In this document: positions 52,039 through 62,347 of the stretch, piece by piece
Layout: the number at the start of each line of letters is the position of its first letter
Position numbering within the stretch: position 1 is the stretch's first letter
NCBI GenBank assembly: GCA_963703315.1
Contig: OY969811.1
Coordinates: forward strand, 3,264,001-3,328,000
Length of the DNA: 64,000 nucleotides
Origin: an uncultured cyanobacterium
Lineage (GTDB): Bacteria; Cyanobacteriota; Cyanobacteriia; Pseudanabaenales; Pseudanabaenaceae
Direction: 5' to 3'
Program-made: the position numbers and the translations under genes
Notes under the pieces: model-generated
Told to the model about the DNA's origin: nothing
The model's input: the letters and a program-made list of their open reading frames with translations, nothing else
Databases searched by the model: none

Positions 52039-52129
52039 TATAGCAAAAAAAGTTTTGCTTAGGACACAAAACCAGAAGAGAGTGGCGGCGTGGAGCGCCG
52101 TCACTCTCTTCTGGGATTTTAGTGCTATA
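52039..52129. mobile_element. TATAGC-ended MITE
   Basis: TATAGCAAAAAAAGTTTT.CTTAGGACAC end, central hairpin, GCTATA right end. Confidence 0.75.
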
Positions 52130-52168
52130 TGACAAATAATATAAATATTTCAATTATATAAAACTACA

Positions 52169-54148
52169 ATGAATAAACGATCGCTATCATTTCTGCTGAT
52201 TTGCTCAAGTTTTTTAGTTAACACATTACCCACCCAAGCCCAATATTCAGGTTTAGGGAAAGACAGTCTTGATCCTGCAATTCTCAAACGTTACGCGCCA
52301 CCTGCATTACCTGCTACAGTTACACGTCCGATTGAGTCGATTTTAGATGTGCGATCGCCTGGGTTAGGAACGGTGACACCTGATGGGAAGCGGATGTTTT
52401 TTAATTGGGGAATCACAGGTACAGTACAAGTATGGCGACTGGATGGGGCGCAAAAATTTCCTGTACAGGTCACAGGCGGACAGGATGCTACAAGCATTGC
52501 AGGGATGACTCCCGATGGTAAATATCTATTGCTATCTCGCGATCGCCAAGGTGAGGAAAATCCAGGGCTATATTTGCAATCAACTAAGGGGGGTGAGTTA
52601 GAAGAAATTCAGCATTTAAAAGGGGTTCGGACTTCACTGCAATATATCGGTAATGATTCACGCACGATCTACTTCAGTGCCAATGACATCAAGCCCGACT
52701 CGGTGGTGATTTATCGCTATGATCTCCAAACCAAGAAAAAAATCCAAATTTCTGGCGGTGATGGAGTTTGGTGGATTGCGGATGTATTTGTAAATCCAGA
52801 AACAGGCGATCGCCAAAAGTTTCTTTTTGCCAAAGCAACAGGTAGCCTATCGCGAGAATATTACGAATATGATGTCAAAACTCGTCAAACCACACCGATG
52901 CTTGGTCAAAACGAGAAGGAAGAATACAGCATCCAATATGGTACTAGACCTGATGAATATTTAGTATTAACTCCCAAATTTGACGAATTTCGCCGCCTCT
53001 ATCGCTATCAAAATCAAAAATTTACGCCCATTTCGCCTGACATCAAAGCCGATATTGCTGGCTTTGATATTGATGAACAGCGTCAGCGCATTCTCTATTC
53101 GATTAATGATGGTGGTTACACAAGGCTGAAGGCGATCGCGGCGAATAACTTTGAAGAAATTAAGTTACCTGAATTTGCAAAAGCCGACCATATCTACACA
53201 GGTTCCACAACCCGCAATGGACGCTTTACAACGATTGGCGTAGAAACTGCAACATCCCCTCGTCTCAGCTATGTTTATGATTGGCAAACTCAAAAACTTA
53301 CCCAATGGGTCTTGCCTAGTACTCCTGAAATTGATACCAGTAAATTCACGGCAGCAAAGCTCGAAAGTTATCTAACCAGAGACGGTATCAACATTCCTAT
53401 GTTTGTCTACCGATCGCCCCAATGTGAAAATACTGCTCAAAATCCCCTTGCTAAGCCCTGCCCCGTCATCGTCAATTTTCATGGAGGACCTGAAGGACAG
53501 AGCCAAGCGGGATTTAATCGTTATGCCCAATTATTTGTAAACGCAGGATTTATATTCGTAGAACCAAATGTGCGCGGTAGTGATGGCTATGGCAAAACTT
53601 GGCTCAATGCGGACAATGGACGCGATCGCCTCAAAGTCATCACCGACATCGAAGATGCCTCAATCCATATTCGTAAAAATTGGCAAGTTAATGGTGTTGC
53701 TCCTAAAGTCGGCATCATAGGCGCAAGTTATGGGGGCTATGCTGCCCTGATCGGGATGTCTAAATTTGCAGGGAGCTATGATGCTGGTGTATCGAAAGTT
53801 GGTATTAGCAATCTACTCACTTTTTTAAATAACACTGCTCCCTATCGCCGCGTTTTGAGAATTAGTGAATACGGCGATCCTGTCAAAGATCGACAAGCTT
53901 TAATCGATTTATCGCCTGTAACCTATAGCGATCGCATCAAATCTCCCTTACTAATCATTCAAGGCGCAAATGATCCCCGTGTCCCTGTTGGTGAAGCAAT
54001 CCAAATCCAAAAAATTCTCGAACAGAAAAAAATCCCCTCCCAACTGGTCATCTTCCCCGATGAAGGTCACGGCTCCAGCAAGCGCAGTAACCAAGTCCTA
54101 GAAATTGGCTACACTCTAGACTTCTTCAAAAAATATTTGCAGAATTAA
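52169..54148 (+). CDS. S9 prolyl oligopeptidase-family serine peptidase
   Basis: HGGPEGQ, GASYGG, GANDPRVP, DEGHG; signal peptide. Confidence 0.93.
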   Translation: MNKRSLSFLLICSSFLVNTLPTQAQYSGLGKDSLDPAILKRYAPPALPATVTRPIESILDVRSPGLGTVTPDGKRMFFNWGITGTVQVWRLDGAQKFPVQVTGGQDATSIAGMTPDGKYLLLSRDRQGEENPGLYLQSTKGGELEEIQHLKGVRTSLQYIGNDSRTIYFSANDIKPDSVVIYRYDLQTKKKIQISGGDGVWWIADVFVNPETGDRQKFLFAKATGSLSREYYEYDVKTRQTTPMLGQNEKEEYSIQYGTRPDEYLVLTPKFDEFRRLYRYQNQKFTPISPDIKADIAGFDIDEQRQRILYSINDGGYTRLKAIAANNFEEIKLPEFAKADHIYTGSTTRNGRFTTIGVETATSPRLSYVYDWQTQKLTQWVLPSTPEIDTSKFTAAKLESYLTRDGINIPMFVYRSPQCENTAQNPLAKPCPVIVNFHGGPEGQSQAGFNRYAQLFVNAGFIFVEPNVRGSDGYGKTWLNADNGRDRLKVITDIEDASIHIRKNWQVNGVAPKVGIIGASYGGYAALIGMSKFAGSYDAGVSKVGISNLLTFLNNTAPYRRVLRISEYGDPVKDRQALIDLSPVTYSDRIKSPLLIIQGANDPRVPVGEAIQIQKILEQKKIPSQLVIFPDEGHGSSKRSNQVLEIGYTLDFFKKYLQN

Positions 54149-54198
54149 TGTCTTGGCAATCTCAAATATGTCTTTAATATCACTTTTACCTAATTTAT

Positions 54199-54789
54199 TT
54201 ACTTACAAATTTTTGTATTTTCTTTAAATAAAAGAATACCAACCTCTTCTAAAAAAGCAATTCTAAAATCTTCCCATCCATCGTCTGGATAAGTTTTAGG
54301 TTCACAAGCATATGCTTCTAAATCTAATCCTTCATAGTTTTTAGATAGTTTGTCATCGAATAAAGCGATTGTATTTTTTAGTTGAGAGATTGCTTTTTTA
54401 CGATTTTTACGAATTGCTCTTTCCGACAAACTAATTGCATTTAACTTGAACTCAACAAAACAAAAATCATTATCATCAAAAAAGATGAAATCACAATAAG
54501 AATCTCCAAATCCTAAAAGCCCTTTTTTACCATCAATCGGTATAAAAGCAATTCCTTTTGCATTTTCAATATTAAATAATTTTGTACTATCAAAATTGGA
54601 CTCTATACTGTTTTGACCATTTTGCCGAATTATAAAAGTTTTATTTTCGTAATCAATACTAACAATTATAAAAGATTGTCCCTTATGATCAATTATAGAG
54701 AAATTATCTCGTAACTCTATTTCTAATATTTCATTTAATTTGTCAAAATTATTTAACAAATTCTCTTTGATTTTCTCAAGTTTGCTCAT
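54199..54789 (-). CDS. Hypothetical protein with PD-(D/E)xK-like nuclease motif
   Basis: IDG...CDFIFFDDNDFCFVEFK; coupled to the upstream ATPase. Confidence 0.6.
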   Translation of the reverse strand: MSKLEKIKENLLNNFDKLNEILEIELRDNFSIIDHKGQSFIIVSIDYENKTFIIRQNGQNSIESNFDSTKLFNIENAKGIAFIPIDGKKGLLGFGDSYCDFIFFDDNDFCFVEFKLNAISLSERAIRKNRKKAISQLKNTIALFDDKLSKNYEGLDLEAYACEPKTYPDDGWEDFRIAFLEEVGILLFKENTKICK

Positions 54790-56210
54790 TTTCTTCTAAA
54801 AGTTTTGCCATGAATACGGTATAAAGCATTAAAATCACCACCCAACATCTCAGAGACTGCATCTAAATAATTTTGCTTAATAGCACCTGTTTGCTGATTA
54901 AAAATAGATTCACAATACTCAGGTTCTTCTTCAATAGAAGAATTACCTAAAGAATAGGCAGAAAAGTCGTTAGCCTTTAGCCAAAATTCTTTTGGTATTA
55001 GTTCAGCAACTTCAGCCTCAGCCGATGGATTTTTGTCTACAACTCTTTGGGCAAATAGTAAATTGTTAAATACTGTCAGCATATATGGACTATGAGTTGT
55101 AATAATTAGCTGATTATCATCATTCTGATTAACCATTAAAGCTAACAACTCAACTAAGCTCTTTTGAGCAACAGGAAATAAATGAGCTTCTGGTTCTTCT
55201 ACTATTCTCAACATTTTCAAATTTCTAATAATACCAGAAACTATATCCTGTAAAATCCTAATTACTTCTTGCTGACCTGATGAAGCATTACGAAGATAGA
55301 TAGATTCTTTAGGATTAATTATGATTTTTTCTTCGCCATTTTCATTAATATATTCCCCTTTTAAGATTTCAGATATTTTTTTTATTACAAGATACAAATA
55401 TGGATTATCACTTCTGTTACTTGCTTTACTTTCTTTAATTGAATTTGGATTAAAAGTTAACCTACCAAATTGACCATAAGCACTTAAAAAATCTTTGACA
55501 AGTGTAATTTTTTCAATAAACTCTAGCATTAGAATCTCATCGACAGTTTGAACTCTAGATTGAAGTTCTTGATTACTATTTTTTTCCAATCTATTTTGTA
55601 CATTTGCAAATAGATATTTTTCAAATAGTTCAGAATAACTTACTGTAGCACTTCTACCTGCAATCACAAATAGTGAATCTGTCTGATTACAGTTAAATAA
55701 ATTATTTAATTGAGTCGAAAGAATTTCAGAATAACTAATCTTATTTTGTTGGTGAGCAAGTTGCTCATGAAAACTATTCGAGTATGATTTTTGCTGTAAA
55801 AGCTTTTTGGTTTCACTTATAGAGGCACAGAAGTCTTCAGTATAAAATTTTTTACTCAAATCACATTGTATTAACTTGTCCTTATTCAAAGTCAAACTTA
55901 AATACTTATTCGTTTCAAAACTATAATAAAATTTTATTTGAAAATCCGTAGAATTTTTGGTTGTACCAAACCAATTATAAAACTTCTCTTTCAATACATA
56001 AATAATATCTAAATCCTCATCAAAGTAATCTCTTTGTTTATCTTGGTAAATATAATTAAACACGTCATCTCTTAGAGTTTTAAAGAAGTAAATAAGCTTA
56101 GCAATCGTGCTTTTACCGCTAGCTTGTTCACCTATTAAAACTAAAACTTTCTTTATTTCGATTTCAGCGTATTCGATCGCACCGAAGTTTTTGATAATAA
56201 TTTTTTGCAT
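54786..56210 (-). CDS. ABC-type (AAA_15/AAA_21-like) ATPase
   Basis: IKNFGAI, Walker A GEQASGKS, signature ASSGQQ, Walker B IVEEPEAHL, H-loop TTHSPY. Confidence 0.9.
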   Translation of the reverse strand: MQKIIIKNFGAIEYAEIEIKKVLVLIGEQASGKSTIAKLIYFFKTLRDDVFNYIYQDKQRDYFDEDLDIIYVLKEKFYNWFGTTKNSTDFQIKFYYSFETNKYLSLTLNKDKLIQCDLSKKFYTEDFCASISETKKLLQQKSYSNSFHEQLAHQQNKISYSEILSTQLNNLFNCNQTDSLFVIAGRSATVSYSELFEKYLFANVQNRLEKNSNQELQSRVQTVDEILMLEFIEKITLVKDFLSAYGQFGRLTFNPNSIKESKASNRSDNPYLYLVIKKISEILKGEYINENGEEKIIINPKESIYLRNASSGQQEVIRILQDIVSGIIRNLKMLRIVEEPEAHLFPVAQKSLVELLALMVNQNDDNQLIITTHSPYMLTVFNNLLFAQRVVDKNPSAEAEVAELIPKEFWLKANDFSAYSLGNSSIEEEPEYCESIFNQQTGAIKQNYLDAVSEMLGGDFNALYRIHGKTFRRK

Positions 56211-56334
56211 ATAGATTTTGATACTTGCTTATGTGATTTTGTCTTAAAACTAGTTATAGCTTATATTTGATTAAATAAAAAAGGAGGTCTTAAATTAATT
56301 AAGACACTCCTCTTTCAAAAGCTTTGCTTAGGAC

Positions 56335-57177
56335 TTAAGCGTTAACTTTGCCGTAGAATACGCCGCGAATGATTACTTCCTTGGGTTCAACACCGCCAAG
56401 GTCATTGTCAGAGGTTTGCTCAGTCTCGAAAGTACCAACGATTTCGCCAGTATCAGCATTCAACTTAGCAATTTGCAAGGATAAAGTACCCTTAGAGGTC
56501 GAGTCATCCTTAACGCTGCGGTTATCGAAAGAGTTACGCTTTGCAGGTAAAGCTTCAGCAGAGTCATAACCGATCGCTAGACCACGACCTTTAGGATCGA
56601 TGAAGCCAGAACCACGATAGGTCGGCACATCAGTAGAACCAACAAAGTCAACAGATGTAGTGATACCACCTACACCAGGAGCAGTTTTAGCATTGAATCC
56701 CTTAATTGTGAATAAAATTGCAACTAGCTCACCACCAGGCATTTTGACGGTGATTGGTTGATAGTCAAGACCATCAGTTTCTACTAAAGAAAGGCTACCA
56801 TCGCTGTTACCAGTCACGGTTGCCTTTACAAAGTCAAGGCTAGAAGTTGAGCGAGTCATTAGCTTGCTAGCTACAAACTCAGGCTTTTTGCGCTTGTTGT
56901 TAGATTCTTCTTTGACAAAAAATGAAGTTGGCTCTAGGCAAAGTTCAGTTATTTCGACAGACTGACCAGCACCAACGGGAATAAAGTTACGTCCACCGCG
57001 AGAAGCTCCCAAAATGTCACCACATTTGTTAGCTAAGCCAGTATTTACAATTTGGTCATAGGTCAAACCTGGGGGAACTGCGGCGATCGCAGTACTTGCA
57101 AACATACCGTTTGCTACTAATAGACATAAACTGATACACAATGTAAAAATTGCTTTCGTAAAACTACGAAATTTCAT
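56335..57177 (-). CDS. psbO: Photosystem II manganese-stabilizing protein
   Basis: LTYDQIVNTGLANKC, LCLEPTSF, DPKGRG, GTFETEQTSDNDLG. Confidence 0.97.
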   Translation of the reverse strand: MKFRSFTKAIFTLCISLCLLVANGMFASTAIAAVPPGLTYDQIVNTGLANKCGDILGASRGGRNFIPVGAGQSVEITELCLEPTSFFVKEESNNKRKKPEFVASKLMTRSTSSLDFVKATVTGNSDGSLSLVETDGLDYQPITVKMPGGELVAILFTIKGFNAKTAPGVGGITTSVDFVGSTDVPTYRGSGFIDPKGRGLAIGYDSAEALPAKRNSFDNRSVKDDSTSKGTLSLQIAKLNADTGEIVGTFETEQTSDNDLGGVEPKEVIIRGVFYGKVNA

Positions 57178-57402
57178 AAATAACCTCTTCTTAATTTAAC
57201 GAACTGTATCTTAGAGCTTTGAATGATTGGTGCATAGCACTGTCCGTCCAAAACGCCATTAAAAATACGATCTAGTTTAGGATTTTAAATTGAGATCGTT
57301 AAGGAGTTTGTGGTGCTTTAGACTAGCCATAGAGGTTAGCTTGCTAAAGACTTCATTAGTAAAATTCCAATCACCATATTATCGCGCACGAGGGTACTTA
57401 GC

Positions 57403-57729
57403 TTGGCACAAACAGAAATCCAATCACAGAACCAGTCACAACAGGGGCAAATTGCTGATTTGTCTGAGATTAAGGCAATTAGCGATCGCCTCTGGCAGAT
57501 TGCTCAAAGTCAGCAAGGAAATTCAGCTAGTCTTTTGCAAATTCTACGAATCTTAGAAGAAAATCATAAACGGATTCGCGATGATTTGTTTCAGCCAGCT
57601 TTACCGACTAGTCGCCATGAACTATTTAATCTGCTTCGTGATATTGAGACAAATGGTGGGTGGCCACATATTTATCGGATGAAAATCAATGAAATTTGTC
57701 GGTATTTAGAAGAGCCTGAAGAAGAATGA
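57403..57729 (+). CDS. Conserved cyanobacterial hypothetical protein
   Basis: LLQILRILE..H..IRD..FQPALP..RHELF.LLRDIE..GGWP. Confidence 0.75.
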   Translation: MAQTEIQSQNQSQQGQIADLSEIKAISDRLWQIAQSQQGNSASLLQILRILEENHKRIRDDLFQPALPTSRHELFNLLRDIETNGGWPHIYRMKINEICRYLEEPEEE

Positions 57730-57806
57730 AGAATATGATCTCCATTTTCTGTTAAATCAAAAAGGGCGCATTGCGCCCTTTTTGCTGTTTAAGGTTGAAG
57801 CAATTA

Positions 57807-57905
57807 CTAGACTCGTCGATATTGCTGATAAGCAGCAAAAAACAATCCGCCAAGGGTAATGAAAATAAGACCGAGGCAAATGCCTGACAAAATTGGTTCT
57901 ACCAT
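57807..57905 (-). CDS. petG: Cytochrome b6f subunit PetG (below ORF-track cutoff)
   Basis: Manual translation [32 protein letters not shown]. Confidence 0.92.
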   Translation of the reverse strand: MVEPILSGICLGLIFITLGGLFFAAYQQYRRV

Positions 57906-57942
57906 AAAAATTTATTAAACTCACTAATTTAACAGTTTACCT

Positions 57943-58027
57943 TATAGCGTTTCACAGTCTAGTTAAGTAGAGGATTGTTTCCCCGCCGAAGGCGGGGAAA
58001 CAATCCTCTACTCCTCGCTTGCTTAAA
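57943..58027. mobile_element. TATAGC-ended MITE (right end lost)
   Basis: TATAGCGTTTCACAGTCTAG and GTAGAGGATTGTTTCCCCGCC-GAA-GGCGGGGAAACAATCCTCTAC. Confidence 0.75.
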
Positions 58028-58077
58028 ACCAAAATAAATGAAGGCGGGGCAAAGCCCCGCCTTCATTTATTTTGGTT

Positions 58078-59517
58078 TTATAGCTGTCCTTGGATGCGTT
58101 GGAGTGTGTCGGAAAGATTGGTGGGGTTTTGATTAGCCAGTGGAACGACTGGAGGGGAAGGTGGTGGGGCAGCCTCACTATTTAAAGCATTAGGGGCAGG
58201 CTGAACTGAGAATAGACGCTCAATATTTTCATAGAGTTTTTGAGCCACAATATCGTTAGCCGCTTCCGTGAGATGAATAGGATCGATAAAAGCCTGTTGC
58301 TTGTTGTCTTGAAATAACTGATAGAAATTTAAAAATTTAGGTTTTAAAGCACTATTGGTAAGAGTCTGTTCGGTGAGATTGTAAGCACTAGCGGCGCGAT
58401 CGCTATATTCTTTACCCAAGGATTTGAGAATGCCTTCTTCCTCTTTAGTTAAGGATTTTTGCTTACCTGTGATTTCTGGCTGAAGTACAATCAGAGAGGG
58501 AATACCAGCGACTAATCTAGTCATTTGCTGCGTATTGTAAAGGTAACGATCAATCCTTTTTTGAGTTTCTTTAGGGTCTTTACTGAACTGTTCAGCATTA
58601 AAAACTTGATATTCAGAGCTAAATGTACTTATATCGGCTGGAACTACCCATTTTTGCCAAGCTTTGACTAAATAAAGTGAATTTAACCAGTTATGAAATT
58701 GCTGAATTTGATATTGACGATACTGAGCAACTGGATCTCGTAACATTTGCTCAACGTTACCAATTTCGCGAGCAGTCTGATTGCTAGGCGATCGCAAGTC
58801 TTCATAACCATCAAGCACAATCAAGGCACTAGGGCTATAAGCGATTACCTTCTGAGATAGCAGAGCTAGTTCATTGCCAGAGCTATAACCAGGGACAGCA
58901 GCCGCAATTACCCGATAACTACCATCCCGAATACGCGGAGGTAAGGTTCGCGTCGCTTCGATTTGATCAGCAAAATAGGGGATTTCTTTAGGTTTAAACT
59001 TTTCGGGACTGCTATTTTGGGCGCGAACGCGATCATTGAGCAGTTTCTCAATTTTAAAAGCCAGAGCCTTTTGATTTTTTTCCGCCATATTCGTAAAAGC
59101 GGTAGAGCTACCTAACAAAAATACGCGGATTTCTGGCTCAGGCTTATCTGTCGGTACAGATGAATCTTGGCGAAATCCTTGGTCATTAATTTGCCAATAT
59201 TCGCTACTTTGGCTAGGTATGAGTTCATAACCTAACAAGGGACTGCGCCTTACTTGTAATTTTCCTGCATCAGGCAATCCAGGGTAATTATTTCCGTTCG
59301 AGTCCTGCAACTTAAAGGCGTATGACTGAGCGATCGCTACAGTTTTATTAGGTGTGAGTTTATCTGTACCACCTGTCGCTAAGACTGCTCCTCGCGCAAT
59401 CAGTTCTGCTAAGAGCAAGAGCAACGGCAAACCAATAAAAATGAGCAGTAAAGTATTTCGCAACCAAGATGATTTGCGCTTGGATTGCCAAGAGGGAGTA
59501 TATCGGGGTCTACGCAT
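58078..59517 (-). CDS. Membrane-anchored SGNH/GDSL hydrolase-like protein
   Basis: N-terminal TM, INDQGFR, LGSSTAF, DGYED, FIDPIHL. Confidence 0.75.
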   Translation of the reverse strand: MRRPRYTPSWQSKRKSSWLRNTLLLIFIGLPLLLLLAELIARGAVLATGGTDKLTPNKTVAIAQSYAFKLQDSNGNNYPGLPDAGKLQVRRSPLLGYELIPSQSSEYWQINDQGFRQDSSVPTDKPEPEIRVFLLGSSTAFTNMAEKNQKALAFKIEKLLNDRVRAQNSSPEKFKPKEIPYFADQIEATRTLPPRIRDGSYRVIAAAVPGYSSGNELALLSQKVIAYSPSALIVLDGYEDLRSPSNQTAREIGNVEQMLRDPVAQYRQYQIQQFHNWLNSLYLVKAWQKWVVPADISTFSSEYQVFNAEQFSKDPKETQKRIDRYLYNTQQMTRLVAGIPSLIVLQPEITGKQKSLTKEEEGILKSLGKEYSDRAASAYNLTEQTLTNSALKPKFLNFYQLFQDNKQQAFIDPIHLTEAANDIVAQKLYENIERLFSVQPAPNALNSEAAPPPSPPVVPLANQNPTNLSDTLQRIQGQL

Positions 59518-59600
59518 GACGAGGCTATTGGTGTGCAGCTTTTTAGCTTATAACAATTTCTACCAAAAATAAGAGGGGGCGCAATGCGCCCCCTCTTATT

Positions 59601-59984
59601 TTACTTAAGTTGAATTAATTCAATTTTGTAACCATCGGGATCTTCAACAAAGGCAATCTCGGTCGTGCCATGCTTCATTGGTCCAGGTTCGCGGGTGATT
59701 TTGCCACCTTTTTCGCGAATTGCGTCACAGGCTGTATAGATATTTTCCATGCCCAGTGCAATATGCCCATAGCCATTACCAATGTCATAGGCTTCGGTAT
59801 CCCAGTTATGGGTTAACTCGATGACGGCGTTGCTAGATTCATCGCCATAGCCCACAAATGCAAGGGTAAAGCGACCTGTGGGGTAATCTTTGCGTCGCAA
59901 TTCCTGCATACCGAGAACGTTAGTATAAAAATCTAGCGATCGCTCTAAGTTACCAACCCGAATCATTGTATGTAAAACACGCAT
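59601..59984 (-). CDS. gloA: Lactoylglutathione lyase
   Basis: [31 protein letters not shown]. Confidence 0.96.
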   Translation of the reverse strand: MRVLHTMIRVGNLERSLDFYTNVLGMQELRRKDYPTGRFTLAFVGYGDESSNAVIELTHNWDTEAYDIGNGYGHIALGMENIYTACDAIREKGGKITREPGPMKHGTTEIAFVEDPDGYKIELIQLK

Positions 59985-60041
59985 TTGGAGATTCCTCTAA
60001 GTTTTGTTAGAAATTATGATTTGCTGAATATCGCTAATAGT

Positions 60042-60491
60042 TTACCGATCATAATCTTCGTCATCTAGACTCTTAGCTTCAACCAACCAGTCAGAGTTTT
60101 GTCCACCGATAATAACTTCTTCGATCGCCACATATTCTTTATCAAACTGGCGCAAAGCATTTACTAAGGTATCGATCGCGATCGCATCGGTAGTTCCTAA
60201 GTCAACCCAACACCTTGCCCAGTCATTTTCGTACTCTAGGTCAGTCATGTTGTGCATCACCGACATCATCTCGTCATCGGCGGCTTGGTTGTCATAGTCA
60301 AAATAGCTGACATCAACACCAGATTCTAAAACCTGTAAGTTGCAAGCATTGAAACCGCCTAGTTTGCCAAGTAAAAACCAAGAATTAAATACTTCATCTA
60401 ACAGTTGTTTTTCTTGCTGGGAGGGAGCTTCATTAAATTTGATCCAGATCCACAGGTCAAACCAATCACATTCTCGAAATCTAACTTCCAT
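60042..60491 (-). CDS. DUF3531-family protein
   Basis: FRECDWFDLWIW, SWFLLGKLGGFNA.NLQV, WARCWVDLGT. Confidence 0.8.
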   Translation of the reverse strand: MEVRFRECDWFDLWIWIKFNEAPSQQEKQLLDEVFNSWFLLGKLGGFNACNLQVLESGVDVSYFDYDNQAADDEMMSVMHNMTDLEYENDWARCWVDLGTTDAIAIDTLVNALRQFDKEYVAIEEVIIGGQNSDWLVEAKSLDDEDYDR

Positions 60492-60584
60492 AATCAACTT
60501 GCAGATCTTGCAAAAATCTCAATAAAAAATAAAAATATTTCAGTCTTTAGTTTAGGCGATCGCTACACTCACATATTGTTGAAC

Positions 60585-60798
60585 TTAATTGCCAGATAGA
60601 TTTCGACGAATCCTGATTTTTTGCTTAGTAGCAATCACAACTGCTCCCAATTCTAAGTCTTGGCTATGATTGATCAAAACTTCTTGTAGTAATTGTTTGC
60701 GCTCTAATCTTGGGAGGTTTTCTAAGCGTAAAACACCACAATGCTTTTTTTGTTGTAGCCAAATCACCACTAGCATTAGCATCTACAAGAAATTTCAT
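60585..60798 (-). pseudogene. DUF5615 PIN-like toxin, internally deleted and frameshifted
   Basis: ATG 60798 gives MKFLVDANASG; another frame continues IWLQQKKHCGVLRLENLPR...KIRIRR; the central catalytic part is missing. Confidence 0.75.
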
Positions 60799-60801
60799 GG
60801 C

Positions 60802-61056
60802 TTAAGATGCGACTCGTTCAACAATTTCTTCATTAGCCACAAGTCGGTAAGCGTATAGTAATGCTGCATGAATATCAGCTATCTCCAATTCTGGATAGTC
60901 TTCTAAAATTTCTGGGATAGAAGCTTCTTTTGCTAGTAATTCTAAGATCATTGCTACTGAGATTCTTAAACCACGAATTGTTGGCTTGCCACAAAGAACT
61001 TCTTTACTAAAAGTAATTCTTGACAGTAAATTTTCAGTTGAATTTTTTGTATACAT
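60802..61056 (-). CDS. DUF433-family antitoxin
   Basis: RIT...VLCGKPTIRGLRISV...EILEDYPELE..DIHAALLYA. Confidence 0.92.
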   Translation of the reverse strand: MYTKNSTENLLSRITFSKEVLCGKPTIRGLRISVAMILELLAKEASIPEILEDYPELEIADIHAALLYAYRLVANEEIVERVAS

Positions 61057-61116
61057 AATTATTTTGAGAAGCTGTTGGTTGATTATGACTACAATATCCT
61101 GTTCAAAATCTTTTAC

Positions 61117-62013
61117 TTAATCTGAATTTACTTCAGGATTAGGCTTTGGGACTTGGGGAAGTTGACGACGGCGGCGGCGTAGGAATAGATAAATTGCTAG
61201 GGGAATTAGCCAATAGGGGCAATAGACTAATAACCAGATGGCTAGTTTTAGTAACCCAATGCTGACACTTATTAATGAGCTAGTAGAGCTATTCCAAGTG
61301 TTTTGAATTTGTGTACCGAGATCGGATTGAGGGGGGATCGTAGCGATCGCTGATGAAAGATTTACTCGTACCGTTGAATAGGCAACTTGATTTTTTAAAT
61401 TGGTTAACTGGGCATCAATTTGCTCGATCGCTTCCCGCACGCGGCTCAGTTCTTGGGTAACTTTCAGGACATCGCCCACCGAGCCAGTCTGCTTGAGGAT
61501 TTCCTGTAACTGCACCTCGGTTTGACGCAAATTTTTGAGGCGGGCTTGCAAATCTACTAATTGATTGGAGACATCCTCAGCCTTAAGCGATCGTCCTTTG
61601 ACAATTCCTAACTGAGCGATCGCCTCAATTATCAAATCTAGACATTCTTGGGGAATTCTGATTTTGAGAGACACCGATTGAGCAATGTCAGAATTACCAA
61701 AACGAAAATCCTGTAATTCTAAAATGTCTCCCTGCTGCTGTTTGACTAAATCTGATATGGCTTTGCTACTTTCTTCAATCGATTTAACTTGCAGTGAAAT
61801 TTCGGCAGATTTAATCAGTTGTGGACGAGAGACAACTGCCTTATCAGGAGCATTGGGAGCTTGAGCTTGTTCAGGCATTGTTGCCAAATCAGCAGGGGCA
61901 GCAACTTTAGAGCTACTAGGTTGATTTAGTGAAGAAGCACAACTGGCGAGAGCGATCGCTACGAGCATACTTAAGGCTGTCAGCGACTTTTTGGCAGATA
62001 TTTGATCTTTCAC
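61117..62013 (-). CDS. DUF4349-domain lipoprotein
   Basis: Lipobox LASC; EDVSNQLVDLQARL, VAYSTV, C-terminal TM + RRRR. Confidence 0.88.
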   Translation of the reverse strand: MKDQISAKKSLTALSMLVAIALASCASSLNQPSSSKVAAPADLATMPEQAQAPNAPDKAVVSRPQLIKSAEISLQVKSIEESSKAISDLVKQQQGDILELQDFRFGNSDIAQSVSLKIRIPQECLDLIIEAIAQLGIVKGRSLKAEDVSNQLVDLQARLKNLRQTEVQLQEILKQTGSVGDVLKVTQELSRVREAIEQIDAQLTNLKNQVAYSTVRVNLSSAIATIPPQSDLGTQIQNTWNSSTSSLISVSIGLLKLAIWLLVYCPYWLIPLAIYLFLRRRRRQLPQVPKPNPEVNSD

Positions 62014-62347
62014 CTGCTTTCTCCCAATGGTTGAGATTTGATATTTTAGATTTTATAGGCGATCGCTAACTTCTCTAAATTTGTAAATATGTAGTATTAT
62101 CCATGCAAATAAATTTTAGATATAGCCAGAGCCAATCCTAATCTTTACTACCCTTTAGGGGATTTAGCAGTTTGTAACGATAAGTTACGATAGAGTGCTA
62201 AAGTTAGAAGCAAATTAGTCTAAAAGTCTCAAGAACCCTGTGCAAAATTCTTGGGCAAATTCATAAAAACTGTGTTGAGTCCCATCTTTGCTCATGGGTG
62301 GGCGATCGCTGAAGCTAATGTTCAGTCATGAGGAGTATTCCCTACCT

